From the human T2T-CHM13v2.0 reference genome, Homo sapiens, in assembly GCF_009914755.1 (NCBI RefSeq), contig NC_060937.1: a stretch of 64,000 nt of DNA. One strand, written 5' to 3'. A program made the position numbers and the translations under genes. Below are positions 26,601 through 43,340 of this stretch, in pieces (within the stretch, counting starts at the first letter, position 1; the number at the start of each line of letters is the position of its first letter). The notes under the pieces were generated by a model that was given only the letters and a program-made list of their open reading frames with translations, was not told the DNA's origin and searched no databases.

Positions 26601-26820
26601 CACCTGTGCTTGTTGATGAAAATCATAACCCGTGTTTAGTGAGCACCTGTGCTTGTTGATGAAAATCATAACCCGTGTTTAGTGAGCACCTGTGCTTGTT
26701 GATGAAAATCATAACCCGTGTTTAGTGAGCACCTGTGCTTGTTGATGAACATCATAACCCGTGTTTAGTGAGCACCTGTGCTTGTTGATGAACATCATAA
26801 CCCGTGTTTAGTGAGCACCT
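23639..26820. repeat. VNTR, 74 x 43 bp (gtgcttgttgatgaa[a/c]atcataacccgtgtttagtgagcacct)
   Basis: 3182 bp = 74.0 units, head-to-tail with no spacers or indels; one common A/C dimorphism and a few rare variants. Confidence 0.99.
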
Positions 26821-27010
26821 AAGACTCTTAAGAGCTCTGCTCAGCCTTTTCAGCCCTTGAAGCCACTGACGATGTAAGTGAACTTACTGTCCCCGGACTG
26901 GGATGATTGACGCAGCATCGAGGGGGTCCCGAGGCTGATGGATGGGGCAGTGAGGCTCTAACTCAGGCTCCCAGTTGTCTCAGAGTCCCTGAACCCAAGG
27001 CTGCCTGCAT
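26790..27010 (-). mobile_element. Degenerate MIR, overlapping the last VNTR unit
   Basis: Collinear short matches to reverse MIR consensus: tttagtgagcacct, taagagctct, gatgtaagtgaacttactgtcccc, aactcaggc, cagagtccctg. Confidence 0.5.
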
Positions 27011-27437
27011 CTCTTGGCCTGTGGCCTGCGTCCTCATTGCAGGGTGTCAGGGTTTGGAGGTGTCTCAGAGATGAGTCCACTCCCTCTCATTTTAATGGTG
27101 AGGAAATGCAGACCCGGGGGGCCAAGGAAGCAGGTGGCTATTCCCAGGGCAGGGCTGGAATCCAGCATCTCACTCCCCGGCCACCACCTTCACCATGAGC
27201 CCACTCTGTGTGCATACAAGCCCCTGAGATTATTTGAGTCTCTTTGTCCAGGAATGAGTAAAGCCATTTTCCTACCATGAGTGGTGCTGTATGCTGTCTT
27301 ATGTGTGTTAATCATGAAGATGAGCTGGCAGTAGCCTGCAGTGCAACACACACCTTCCCCCTGCCCGGAGCTGTCTTTGGGAGTCTAGCTGCCTCATACA
27401 GCCATCTGTTTGGAGCCTGCACAAGAAACTAAAATGA

Positions 27438-27615
<178 letters not shown>

Positions 27616-27768
27616 GAAAGAAACGAAAATGAGAACTATTACATCAAAGCATTTACCTTAAAAAATAAGTATGCATGATCAGGAACCTGTGTTTTCAGAG
27701 GGATGTCCTGGTGGGTGGGAGGGAGGAACTGGAGAGTTTTCCATCTGTAACTTCCCTGACTGTGATAA

Positions 27769-27978
<210 letters not shown>

Positions 27979-28312
27979 TGATCCTCAGCCTAAGGTCAAG
28001 GGCGTGGCTCTGTTCCCTCGGGAGACCTTCCCTGGGAAGGGGCTCAACATCTACACAGGCCCTTCAACCTCAGTGATCAGTGTTGCAGTTTGTTCAAAAT
28101 TGTAATGTACCCAACATTGGAGGTTCAGGTTTGCAGGGTGGATGTGGCTGTCAGTGTGAGTTTCCTTCTGTGAGTCTTGTCCTCCCCCTTCCCATCCCCT
28201 TTTGCCTCCCTGTCATTTCACCCTCTGGCGGGGCCCTCATTGTTAGTGTGGGAAGCTCCTGGGGAGGGGGCAAGAGTCCTGCAGAAACTGCACATTTGAT
28301 CAGGTGACTTCC

Positions 28313-28516
28313 TGTGGGGAGGCTGCAGGGCTGCCATGGGTACTCTCTGTGGCACCCTGGCCACGTGGTGGTCTTGGTTGTGCAGGGAGGCTGCCAGGCT
28401 GCTGTGGGTATTCTCTGTGGTGCCCTGGCCACCTGGTGGTCGTGGATGTGCGGGGAGGCTGCAGGGCTGCTGTGGGTACTCTTTGTGGTGCCCTGGCCAC
28501 GTGGTGGTCGTGGTTG
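28313..28516. repeat. Tandem repeat, 3 x ~68 bp
   Basis: 'gggaggctgc..ggctgc..tgggta.tct.tgtgg..ccctggccac.tggtggtc.tgg' three times. Confidence 0.9.
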
Positions 28517-29112
28517 GAGAGGTGGACGATCACTCTATGCCTGCTTCGGTTTCCAGGAAGGAAAGTTTCTCATATGTTGGTTTACCTGCTTTGGGGGCCC
28601 TTGGAGGTTGCCGGTTGCTTTTCCTAGATCAGCACCTTGCCAGGTTAGAGAAAGAAACATCTCAAATGGTAATCCTTATCTTCAGAGATGTTTGTACAGG
28701 ATACAAACGGCCTGGCCTTACCCATTGTTACCAAATAGACTTGGCTTTACAGGGACCATCAGGAAAATCAGGAGGCAGGGTAAGAGGGCAACCCACACTT
28801 GATTTCAGATCTGGAATGCCTGGCCCCTAACTGAGGCTGCGTCTGTGCAAATGAGGCTTTCCTGCAGGACAGATGTTTGCCTGGTTAAGGGAGCCTCCTG
28901 TGTAGAGAGATGATGTGGGAGGAAGAGTGTTTTACTGTCCCCTAGAATGCAATGAGAAACATAGGAGGATACGGCCATCCCCAAAACTGGCTTTTGAATC
29001 AATCATTGCCAATCAGACACCATGTAGATGGGTTCAAAGATCCTGATGAAATCTTTTCGGGACTGCTGAATATTCCATTTGAAAAAACAATTCTTCTTTT
29101 CTAAAAATCTAG

Positions 29113-29153
29113 TAACAGGGACAATAACAGAAGCCGAAGAAACTGAGGACTGA
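29113..29153 (+). CDS. TEX29: TEX29 last coding exon ((V)TGTITEAEETED*)
   Basis: Acceptor 'aaatctag|TA'; TGA at 29151-29153; total CDS 456 nt = 151 aa + stop. Confidence 0.92.
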
Positions 29154-29256
29154 CTGAGACGCATGAAGAAGTGGAGATTGTCAGAATTATCCAAATGAAA
29201 TGGTACAGCAGGTGCACTGTTAACAGTGTGATGGAATGACCACCCAAAGAGAAAAA

Positions 29257-29262
29257 AATAAA
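29257..29262 (+). terminator. TEX29: TEX29 polyadenylation signal AATAAA
   Basis: First AATAAA ~100 nt after the stop, followed by T/GT-rich sequence. Confidence 0.8.
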
Positions 29263-30061
29263 GGTATTTTGAAAATTGCTTCTCGTCCGATGTTGCTTAT
29301 TCATTGCTATATTTTTATCTTAGGAGAGAGAAAGCCTGTGGGGTAGGAGAGTGGGAACCTGAACTTTCAGTTTTTAATGGCACTGCTTGTCACTAATATT
29401 AACACTATGGGGGCTCACAGCATGGGCTCAAGGTGGTGTCCTCGAGGTCTTCTTTTCAGAAGGCAGGCTGCACTTTCACCAAGAGTGGGCTGCCACACAG
29501 ACACAGGCGGTTCAAGACTCTGGCATTTGGCTTTGCTAGGACTCAGCCGTGCTGCGAGGGAGGAGCAGCGTCTGGATCTGGATCTGAGAGGCCCCAAAGC
29601 ATAGGCCGTAGCTGCCTGAGAGCCCCTCATGCAAGGCAGTGCGCTCAGTCCCAGAGTGGCCGACAGATGCTCACAGGCACGCGCAGGCCGGCCCAGGGCA
29701 GCCCACGGATCTTGGAGGCTCCGTTTTCTCACCTCAAAAATATGCATTCTACCCAGGAACTGTGGCCCTTATGTCCATGCATTGCAGCTTTAAGAAAGGA
29801 TAATAAACAATCCAGATAGACCAGACGCATCCTGCTCCAAGGATTATTTAGATGAGAAATCAGTTTGCGTGAGCCCCTGGAAGCCCGTCGTCTGCTTTCT
29901 GGCTGGTAAACCTTGTCAGCTGCTCATGGGCTTGGCCCAGCGTCTGCACTGCTCTAGGGCTTCCTGCAGGGGGAGGTTATGGGCCTGCTGTTAGCCTCTT
30001 TCTGCTCACGGGCACTGGCTGGCTGGCCTTAGGCCAGTCGGGCTCTTGTATTGGTGTAGAT

Positions 30062-30643
<582 letters not shown>

Positions 30644-32160
30644 ATGTGTTTTGGAGGTCAGTCACCTGGGATCTGAGCACTCCTTAGACTGTCTTCAAAT
30701 AAAGCCTTGGCCAATGACTGGGAATGGGTTTTGGCAAGAACCTAGAGCTGTGCAGATGGGGCTCAGCGGCCCTAACTGGCAGAGTCTCTTTGCACGATGT
30801 TTCCACCGTGGCCCGGACCATCCCTTGCAGAGGTGAGGCAGAATGGATGACCCCACAAAATAACACTAAAAGCCAGGTTTGGCCGGAGGCACGCCTACTT
30901 CTTAGCTTTCATCCTCAGGAGGAAGCGGCACACAGAGCGGCCTCCCGGCAGCCACGCTTTCTGGGCAGCTGGGTCTTTGCTGCCTGTGGCTCCTTTGGTG
31001 ACTCCTCAGTCACTAGAGAGCAAGTTACTGGTGGAACACGTCCACCTTTGTGGGCCCCTTTGCTGAAGCCCTCAACCCTGCCCCCTTCCCTGAAAACAAT
31101 CAAGATCCAGCCTGAAAAAAGTGCCAGGTTATTGGTGGACTGGATGCTCGTCAGAGACGTTAGGGGTCACCTGGGGTCTCCGGTTTGGGAAGCCCCTGTG
31201 ACTCACTAGGGTGTGGGTCGGGGGAAGGGCTTCCCCATGTGTGGTTTGGGGACTGGCCTTGCTAAGGGCAGTGGGGTAGGGAATGAAGGAAGGGAAGCAG
31301 TTCAGTGTGCAGCTGGGAAGAGGACCGGGCCCTGGGGACTGCTCCGGCCAGGGCCCCCCAGGAGAAGGGCCGGAACTCCTAAGTACAAGTGAGGCTGGTG
31401 GGCACGTGGCCCCATCAGGGACAGCCAGCCATGGCCCGGATGTGTGACAACCCTGCACAGGCCGGGGCCTCTGCCCTCGCGCAGTTGGTGCCCTGCTGAG
31501 CGAGGCGAAGGCCAGACAGAGCTGCCAAGGAAGCGCTTCCCAGGCAGTGGCTTCTCACAGAACCCCTGGCCGGCAGCCACGGGCACAGCTAGTCGTGGCC
31601 AAGCTCAGAGTCAGTTTGGGAGAGGACAACCCAAAGACACAAACAAGCAGGCATGGTTTGTTGCGGTCACCAGATAGGCTGCCATAGCCATAAAATGTGT
31701 CTCTTGGTTAGAGGTGACTTCGCTGGTGTCAGCAGAAGTACTGTGAGCAGGGAAGGCAAATACACACCTGGGATATTGTCTATGGCTGCGAAGATTCAGT
31801 GTTGTTCCTTTCATGATGGAAGGGCCCAAGGTACTCAACCTGCTAACGGGTGGTATCTGCCTACCCTGAAAAGTGGTGCCACATTGGTCTCTGTTGTTGG
31901 GAAAGGTAGGCAGTCGACTGATCAGCCCTGGTCAGAGGAAGGTCGGGCCATTGAGCCCATGCACAGCCTTTATCCCTGCTGCTGCAGCCGCTCTGTGCAT
32001 GAGCCCTTCCAGCAAGCCTCAGGGTAGCCGAGGAAGGGCTAGTTGACATTCACGGGATATCAGATTGTCCATATAATTATTAAATGCCTGCCGGCAGTGG
32101 ACATCTTGTGGTGGACATAGGTTCTGAGAAGTTCACACACGTGTTTCTCACTTTGACCTC

Positions 32161-32586
32161 TGATAGAGTTTGGATCCTTGTCCTCACCCAAATCTCATGT
32201 TGAAATGTGATACCCAGCGTTGGAGTTGTGGGACCTGCTGGGTGGTGGGTGGATCATGGCGGCAGATCCCTCATGAGCAGCTTGAGCCATCCTCTTGGTG
32301 ACAAGTGAGCTCTCTCTCTGAGCTCACAAGAAATCTGGTCGTTTAAAAGTCTGAGGCACCTCCCCCAACACCCTCCCTCCTGCTTCTGCTTTCATCATGT
32401 GATGTGCCTGCTCCCGCTTCTCTTTCTGCCATGATTGGAAGCTTCCTGAGGCCTCACCTCAGGAAGCTGAGCAGATGCTGGTACCATCCCTTTGCAGCCT
32501 GCAGAACCGTGAACCAACTGAACTTCTTTTCCTTATGTTACCAGTCTCAGGAGTTCTTTGTAGCGGTGCAAGAACAGCCTAATACA
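32161..32586 (+). mobile_element. MSTA/MSTB-like solo LTR
   Basis: tgatagagtttgga...cccaaatctcatgttgaaa...agaacagcctaataca; TSD acctc/acccc. Confidence 0.85.
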
Positions 32587-33478
32587 ACCCCCTTGACACT
32601 AATTTCCCAGTCTTATTCTCTTCAAGCCCATGGCCAGCTGGTCAACCCATGAGCCACTGCCCACAAGTTGATGTGAATCAGCACCCCAGGGCGTGTCTTA
32701 TTCCATAGAAAGTGGATGGTGGATCATGCCACACAGTTTGCTCACTGGGAGGGTCTCCTTTCATTACTGGGTTTCGTGTGAGGCCACAGCACAGGATCTG
32801 CCTACTTGCTGCAGTGCTGGGGTAGTGTGCAGGTCCACCCACGAACCTACACTTGCAAGAACTGGTTTCTACCGGACCCTAATAGCAAGCCCAGAGCTGC
32901 TTTTGGAAAGGAGATTTGCCAACAGAAGAGGGGATAACCTAACTCAAATCTTCAGAGATTTGTGCAATGATTCTCCTATTAGAACTTGCCAGATGGGTCC
33001 CTACAGTTTCTCAGTATGATTCAGACTATTCTCGAGGTCTTAGGCCTCCAGGACAATGCAGGACAATGCAAAAGACTTGGCCTTGTCCTGAATAAGGTGA
33101 TTGTATAATTTACAATCCAAACCTGGATTTTGAAAGTGAAAGGAAGTGCTACTGATAATTCTGCCAGAACAACAGGTGTACCTGGGCCTTGGCAACGAAG
33201 CAACTCATCAAAGGCACATTGCCGTTGCTGCTACATGAAGGCAGTTTCTTATTTTTCTTTATGGATGCACTGGAATAAAATATTTTTCAAGTTGACAGCT
33301 GCAAACTGGTTGCATACCAGCTGATTTATTCTAGTAAAGGTAAATGTGTAATTGCACCTGCCACTGTCATCAACACCTCACTAAATCTGCGCGATTTACT
33401 GTTGCTCTCCAAGGCCCATGTGGCTGTTGTACTTGCTAAACAGGTGAGTTAGGTGAAGAGTGTGGCAGGAATCATCAC

Positions 33479-33862
33479 TATATTCGTCCATTTTCACACT
33501 GCTATAAAGAACTACCTGAGACTGGGTAATTTATGAAGAAAAGGATTTAATTGACTCATAGTTCCACAGGCTTAATGGGATGCATGACTGGGAGGCCTCA
33601 GGAAACTTACAATCATGGAGGAAGGGGAAGGGGAAGCAAAGACCTTCTTTACATGGTGGCAGGAGAGAGAGAGAGAGAAAAAGAGACTGAGAGAGAGAAG
33701 AGGGAAATGCCACACACTTTTAAACCATCAGATCTCATGAGAACTCACTGTCACAAGAACAGCAAGGGGGAAATCTGCCCCCATAATCCAGTCACCTCCC
33801 ACCAGGACCCTCCTCCAATTTGACATGAGATTTGGGTGGGGACACAAATCCAAACTGTATCA
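33479..33862 (-). mobile_element. THE1D/MSTA-like solo LTR
   Basis: Diagnostic motifs; perfect 5-bp TSD atcac. Confidence 0.88.
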
Positions 33863-34363
33863 ATCACCCAGGCACCAGGTCTTTAGTGGAGGCACTAATA
33901 TTTGAAGTCTCTTTGGGATAGGATACCACTTTTTCTTCTTAACAACTTTATTGAGGTATTATGGGCCTATACCAAAGCGCACATATCTAAAGTGTACAAT
34001 TCTGTAAGTTTTGGCGTATGAATACACCCATGAAATCATCACTACAATCAAGTTAATGAACACATCCATCACTCAAAAGTTGAGTCAGGCTCCTTTGTGA
34101 TCTCTCACACCCGCCCTTCTTCACCCTTCCTGTCGTGCCCAGCAACCATGGATCTGCTCATTGACACCAGAGATTAGTTTTTATTTTCTATAAATTGAAT
34201 CATACAGTATGTATTCTTTTTTGTCTGATTTCTTTCACTTAGCATAGGTATTTTGACATTCAGCCATGTTGATGTGTTTATCAATGGTGCATTGCTTTTT
34301 ACTGCTGAGTAGTATTCCTTCATGCATATACCACATTTGTTTATTCAGTCACTTGGTGATTGA

Positions 34364-34804
<441 letters not shown>

Positions 34805-35051
34805 GTATATTTAACTTTTGAAGAAACTGACAACCTGTTTTCCATTTGCAATTCCTACCAGCAGCTGAGAGTTCCAGTTGCTCCACATCCTTGCTGAGAT
34901 TTGGTCTGGTCAGTCTTTTTAATGTTAATTATTTTAACGGGTGTGCGCTATCATCACATTGTGATTTTAATTTGAAGTTCCCTAATTACTAATGATATCA
35001 AACTTATTATGTGGATATATCGAACTTATTATGTGGATATAGTTTGTTTGC

Positions 35052-35345
35052 TTTTTTATTTTTTGAGATGGAGTCTCGCTCTTTTGCCCAGTATGGAGTG
35101 CAGTGGCACTGTCTCGGCTCACTGCAAGCTCTGCCTCCCGGGTTCATGCCATTCTTCTGCCTCAGCCTCCTGAGTAGCTGCCACTACAGGCACCCGCCAC
35201 CACACCCAGATAATTTTTTGTATTTTTAGTAGAGATGGGGTTTCACTGTGTTAGCCAGGATGGTCTCAATCTTCTGACCTCGTGATCCACCCATCTCGGC
35301 CTCCCAAATTGCTGGGATTACAGGCGTGAGCCACCATGCCCGGCC
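35052..35345 (-). mobile_element. AluY/Sc-like
   Basis: 'ctgcaagctctgcctcccgggttcatgccattc', 'tgttagccaggatggtctc'. Confidence 0.93.
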
Positions 35346-36739
35346 GCTTGTTTGTTTGTATTAGTAAAGTGTCTATTAAAATCTTTTGCCTATTTTTTAT
35401 TGAGCTGTTTTCTTATTATTGAGTTTTGAGAATTCTGTACATATTTAAGTACAAGTCATTTTTTTCAGGCAAACGACTTGCAAGTATTTTTTTTCTCAGT
35501 ATGTACCTTGTGTTTTCATTCTCTTAACAGTGTTTTCCAAAGAGATGTTCAAAATTTGGATGAAATCCAATATACTCATTTTTCATTTTATAGATCATGA
35601 TTTTCTGTCTCTCACTCTCTCATAGTCTAAGAGGTCTTTTCTGAATCCAAGGTCATAAAGATGTTGTGCTTTGTTTAATTCTAGATATTTTATAGTTTTG
35701 CATTTTATATTTAGGTCTATGATTCATCTTGAGTTAATTTGTCCATCAGCTACAAGGTGTGGATTGAAATACAAATTTTGGATGTGGATATCCAGTTGTT
35801 CTGACACTATTGAGAAGTCCATTCTTTCTTCACTGAATTCCTTCTGCACCTGTGTTGGAAATCACTTGACCATATATATGTGGGTTTATTTCTGGACGCT
35901 ATTAGGTTTCATTATTTTGTCTCTATCTTGATGATGCCGTCTTGCATTCTCTTATTACTGTAGCTTCGTGATAAATCTCAAAGTCAGGTAGTATAAGTCT
36001 TTGTGAATGTTTTTCAAAGGGCTTTTGGCTACTCAAGGTTTTTGCATTTTCATATGACATTTAGAATCAGTTTGTCTGTCTTGACAAAAAGCCTGCTGAG
36101 ATTTTGATTCAGTTTGCATTTAATTGATTGCATTGTGCATTGATTTGGGGAGAAATGGCATCTCAACAATACCAAGTCTTCCAATCTATGAATACAACAT
36201 AGCCCATTTATTTAGATCCTCTTTAACTTGTCTCAGCAATGTTTTATAGCTTTCAGTGTATATATCTTGAACATTTATTTGTACATACATTTTATATTTT
36301 GATGCTATTATAAATTGTATTGTTTTTAAATTTTTCTGATTGTTTATTGCTAATGTATAAAAATTGATTTTTGTGTAGTGATTTTGAACTCACAACTTTG
36401 CTAAGCTCACTTATTAGTTCTAGTAGCTTTTTCTTGTAGATTTTGTTGAATTTTCTACAGAGACAATCATGTCATCTGAATAAATACAGATTCATGTTAT
36501 CTACATAAAGACACCAATATGGGTGTCTCTTATTTCTTGTTTATGCCTTAATGTACTGGCTGGACCTTCCAGTAAAGTATTGAATAAAATAGTGAGAGTG
36601 GGCATTTTGCTTTGTTCTTGATGTTAGTGGAAAATCATTCAGTCTTTAATCATTAAGTAAACTATTAGTTGCTCTTTATCAGGGTAAGAATGTTTCTATT
36701 CCTAGTTTACTGAGTATTTATGTCAGAAATAGATGTTGG

Positions 36740-39205
<2,466 letters not shown>

Positions 39206-39206
39206 C

Positions 39207-39340
39207 AGCCTGGGTGCGGTAGCTCATGCCTATAATTCCAGCACTTTGGGAGGCCACGTTGGGCAGATTGCTTGAGTCCAGGCATTTGAGACCAGCCTGG
39301 GCAACACGGTGAAACCTCATCTCTTAAAAAAAAAAAAAAA
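39207..39340 (+). mobile_element. Alu left monomer (FLAM/AluJ)
   Basis: Left arm only, then poly(A). Confidence 0.85.
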
Positions 39341-40148
39341 GTAACTGTTATAATGTGGTTGAAGAAAATCATTAACACCATCGTATTATAAATGCGGGGA
39401 GAATGAGGATACAAAAAGGAGGTAAGATTTCTACACTTCCCTCACACAGGTACAGCTGCTCTGGAAAAACAGTTTGGCAATTTCTTAAAATTTTAAACAT
39501 ACAGTTATTATATAATTAACAATTGTACCCCCGACATGTATTGCATGGAAATGAAAACTTATGTTTGCACAAAAACATGCACATAAATGCTCGTGTCAAC
39601 TTTCTTCGTATTAGTAATAGCCAAAACTTGGAAACACAGCCCTACAATAGCGAATAGTGAAATAATGTGTGGTACATCCATGCCAAGAAACACCACCGAG
39701 CAATAAAAAGGAAAAAGCTATCTATGCATGCGATAGTTTGGACAGATCTCAAAGTCATCAAACCGAATGAGAAAACCAATTTCAAGTCACATACATAAGG
39801 TAAGATTCTCGAAATGACAAAATTGTGGAGAGGGGAAAAATCAGTGGTTGCAGGGTGAGGAGTACTGGGGGTGAAATGGGTGGGGCATCTCTGAAGGGTG
39901 GCACAGGGAGGTGCCCATGGTGACGGAGGGTCTGTGTCTTGATCTTGGAGAGGTTGTGGAATCTGCATGGGTGATGAACAGTACGGAACTCAGCACACAC
40001 GACAGGCAGTCTCTTGGCTTCAGTACGAGCTGCAGTCACGGGAGCTGTCACTGTTGGGAAGACCCTGCTGCACCACGTGTGGAAACTTCCTGTGAACTAA
40101 GGTTGCTGCAAAATAAAAAGTTAAAAAGTGTTAAAAAAAAAAAAAAAA
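39341..40148 (+). mobile_element. L1MC/MD-like 3' end
   Basis: 'ctggaaaaacagtttggcaatttctta', 'tgtggtacatccatgc', ends aataaaaagttaaaa + poly(A). Confidence 0.7.
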
Positions 40149-42719
40149 GGCTTTCTGATGTAAAACAGAGCCAATGAAATGCCCATCCTACTCCAAAAAG
40201 TCAGCGAGCACAAGCCTGGTGTGTAGATATTGCAACTGTGAGTGTGATGTTCCTCTTGAGCATAAACAAAAGTTCTAGTTACTGTGCAGTCTGAGAGATG
40301 CTGGTTTGAGGAGAATAATTGTACTATGATAAAATACAGACCAGCACCATAATTCCAATAAGTTACATAAACGCACTTGGTAGCTATTCCATGTTTCCAT
40401 GCTTTCTGGAGTGGAGTTCTGATTTTCGCCCTGCCCACACAACCCTCGAATTTCTTTTAATCAACAATGAAAATCTTTAACAAGACACTGGGCTTTCTTC
40501 AATAGTTTAAGGTTTCTTAGTTATCCTGCATCTTTTCTTTTGTGTTTTCTTTTCAGTATGATCCAATTTTGCAAAAAGAAAAAAGGAAAGCCTTTCCACA
40601 TTTATGCCTATGACTATTGTGCCAATTATATTTGCGCTATCTTTTCATATTGATGAGGCGGATAAAAGTAGAAGAATTTAAAAAGACTCTTATATCAAAG
40701 ACTGAGGACCTCCTGTGTAAAAGTTCCTTTGTCCTATGGCCTTTTCTCTCCCGCAGGCTCATTAACACAGATGATATCTTCATGCCCAACGATAGAAAAA
40801 TCTTGCATATCCCTTTTTTCAAGTCCTCTTTAGTTTCTTCCATATCACCTATGTAACAATGGACATGTATGTCCTTACCTTGCCTCTGCTTTCACTAAAT
40901 TTGTGATGAAAATATCAACCTCTGCAGGGTGTGCTGAAGGTTGGCTGCTCTTTCTTTTTTCTTTCTTGGGCTGTGAATTGTGGGTTCATGATACGGAAGT
41001 TCCCCCAACTTGTTGATCCACCCTTCCCCTATGGCTTGATTCAGATTCATTCTAAGCCCAACTCAGGTGGTTTATCTTTCCCAGCTTCCAAAATTATTTC
41101 CAAATATTTCAGAATAAGTGGACTTTTCTTTTTTCTTTTTTCTGAAACAAATTGCTTTAGGTAGTTTACTAATGAAGCATTAACTTTGCAAACTAATATC
41201 TGCAAAATGATGGCAAAACCGTAGTTGCTTATCCAAAAAAACTAGTCTGTAAAACGACACCACGTATGAAAAAAGTATCAATAAAGATGGAGACAAGAGA
41301 TTTTGCAAAGCCATTTTATTTGGGTGGACACACTTTGATATAGAAGTTTGCAACATGGAAATTTATGTAATAAGGATAAAAGAATCACTAACAAGGAAAC
41401 ATGCAGACTTCCTTGTGGGCGACTGGAAAGGTGGGTAGAGAGGACAGCAGCCGCTTCAACTTGTCATCCCAGAAGACTGGGGGAGTGGAGACAAAGAGCT
41501 AGAACCTCATTGTGCTCCAAGAGGTATCCGATGGTTGGAGAAGGAAACTATAGCCACAAAATACCGTATGTGACCAAATTTCTGAGTGTTTGGGGAGTGG
41601 GATGATGAAGAGTTTTGTAAATTTTTAGAATGAGAGCAAAAGTTGGCTGGATAACATTTCCTGGGCAGCAATGTGGCTCTGAAGGTTGACTTCCTAGGTG
41701 TCCAGGTCCACTGGTCATGCTGGCATTTGATTCTGGATGGTGGAACATCAACAGTAGCCCTGAGGGTCATGTTAGATCACCTGTAGGATTAGGAAGGACA
41801 GCAATTCCTCCCAAAGGTTGGAAATGTCTTGCAGTGTTTCATTTCCCACCTTGCTTTGATTGGTGCTTACTCAAAGCCAAGAGAGAGTTCAGCTATTTGA
41901 AGGATGGAGTGGCCAGTAAGCCACTTTATTCATTCGACAGAAGAGCAGGAGGCTTGTGCAAAATGTCGCCTAGCCCCCTCAGCTTTCTCTGATGCAAGGA
42001 ATGAAAACAAGATTGATTTGATCCTAGAGTGTGATGTGAGCTCTTACAGCTCACCTCCAGGACCTTAATATGCCCTTTTCGTAACACAAACGCCAGAAGC
42101 TCTAGAGGTGTCAAGATTGAATTGCATCGTTGGCCTTGCAAACCCCAAATCCATAAAGCAATATCACACATCACACAAGCTAGAAAGAATGATTACAAAA
42201 TAATGTGTGGCCAGAATAAGCTCAGTAGGAAAGATGTTCCTTGATACAGGAAGAAAGCAATGTCTGCTTTGAAATATTTTCCATGATTTTAAAAACATTT
42301 AATTTTCTAATTAACTTAGATTATTACTATGGCTATGTAAATTTGAACAAGTTTATATTCATATTGGCAGTAGGAGGTGGAATGGAGTGAATTGATAATG
42401 CAATGGGGACTGGATAAAATTAAGACAAAGTTCTTACCCTTTTTGAACTCATAACCTAGGGAAGAAGGCAGAAAAGTAAACAAGAGATTCATAATTAAAA
42501 CCTGATAAATACTGTAATAAAGGTGTGGATGAGATATGGTTTGGGGAAGATAAAGCAATAATTCCGATGGTCATCTACTGGCAATATGTGAAGCTTGATC
42601 TTCTCCTTCTCCTTCTCCTTCTCCTTCTTCTTGCTTTTGGAGACGGGGCCTTGCTCTGTCATTCCAGGCACCTCAGCCTTCCACTCCTGGGCTCAAGCAA
42701 TCGTCTCGGACTTTTATCC

Positions 42720-42876
42720 AGAGGGAGGTTCCCTAAGGAAGCTTAAGCACCAGGGTTCTTTGTTAGATTTGAGAGTGGCCCTAGACATTTTGTACTCATA
42801 ATTTTGTATTCTGCTTCTCAGAGAGGGCTCCCATATTGTAAAGTTTTTGGTCCCACAAACCTGGTCCTCTCCCTGC
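42720..42876. mobile_element. MER91-like hAT element
   Basis: 'aagcttaagcaccaggg', 'attttgtactcataattttgtattct', 'cccacaaacctgg..ct.ccctg'. Confidence 0.55.
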
Positions 42877-43004
42877 CACCCAGCAACTCTCACAGTCCTC
42901 TCTAGAGGAGCCGGAGCTCGGCGTTCAACTGGCTTTCCTCAGTTTTGCTTCTTAGTGAATTGGAATATCTATTATACTTGTGGGTGCAGGAAAGTCCCGG
43001 TGGA

Positions 43005-43340
43005 TGAGTGTGTGTGGTGTGTGTTGCACATGTGCTCCATGTGTTGTATTGTTTTGTGTGTTGTGTCTATGTGTTCCGTGCTTGTTGTAAGTGTTGTGTG
43101 TTCTGTGTATGTTGTATGTTGTGTGTTGCATGAGTGATATGCATATGTGTTCTTTGTGTTGTGCATGTTGTGTGTACTTTATGCATGTTGTATGTGCTTG
43201 TGGTATTGTGTGGGTGTGTTGGGTTGTGTGCATAGTGTGTGTGGTGTGTGGTGTGTGTTCTGTGTGTCATGCATGCATGTATCCTGTGTGTGTGTGCATG
43301 TATGTTGTGTGCTGTGTGTGTTGTGTGTGTGTGTGTGGTG
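43005..43340. repeat. Degenerate (TG)n low-complexity tract
   Basis: ~330 bp TG/TGT/TGG-rich simple sequence. Confidence 0.95.

Noticed and set aside
23639-26820. CRISPR array-like appearance of the 43-bp repeat
   Set aside because: Units are contiguous with no unique spacers, there are no cas genes, and the context is a human intron
23639-26820. Tandem C/D-box snoRNA cluster (TGATGA in each unit)
   Set aside because: No CTGA D box, unit too short, no terminal stems or spacers
40460-41300. Possible minus-strand lncRNA exon or transposase remnant (donor-like AAG|GTAAGG ~40878)
   Set aside because: Single splice-like motif with no supported partner exon or recognisable protein; cannot be called from sequence
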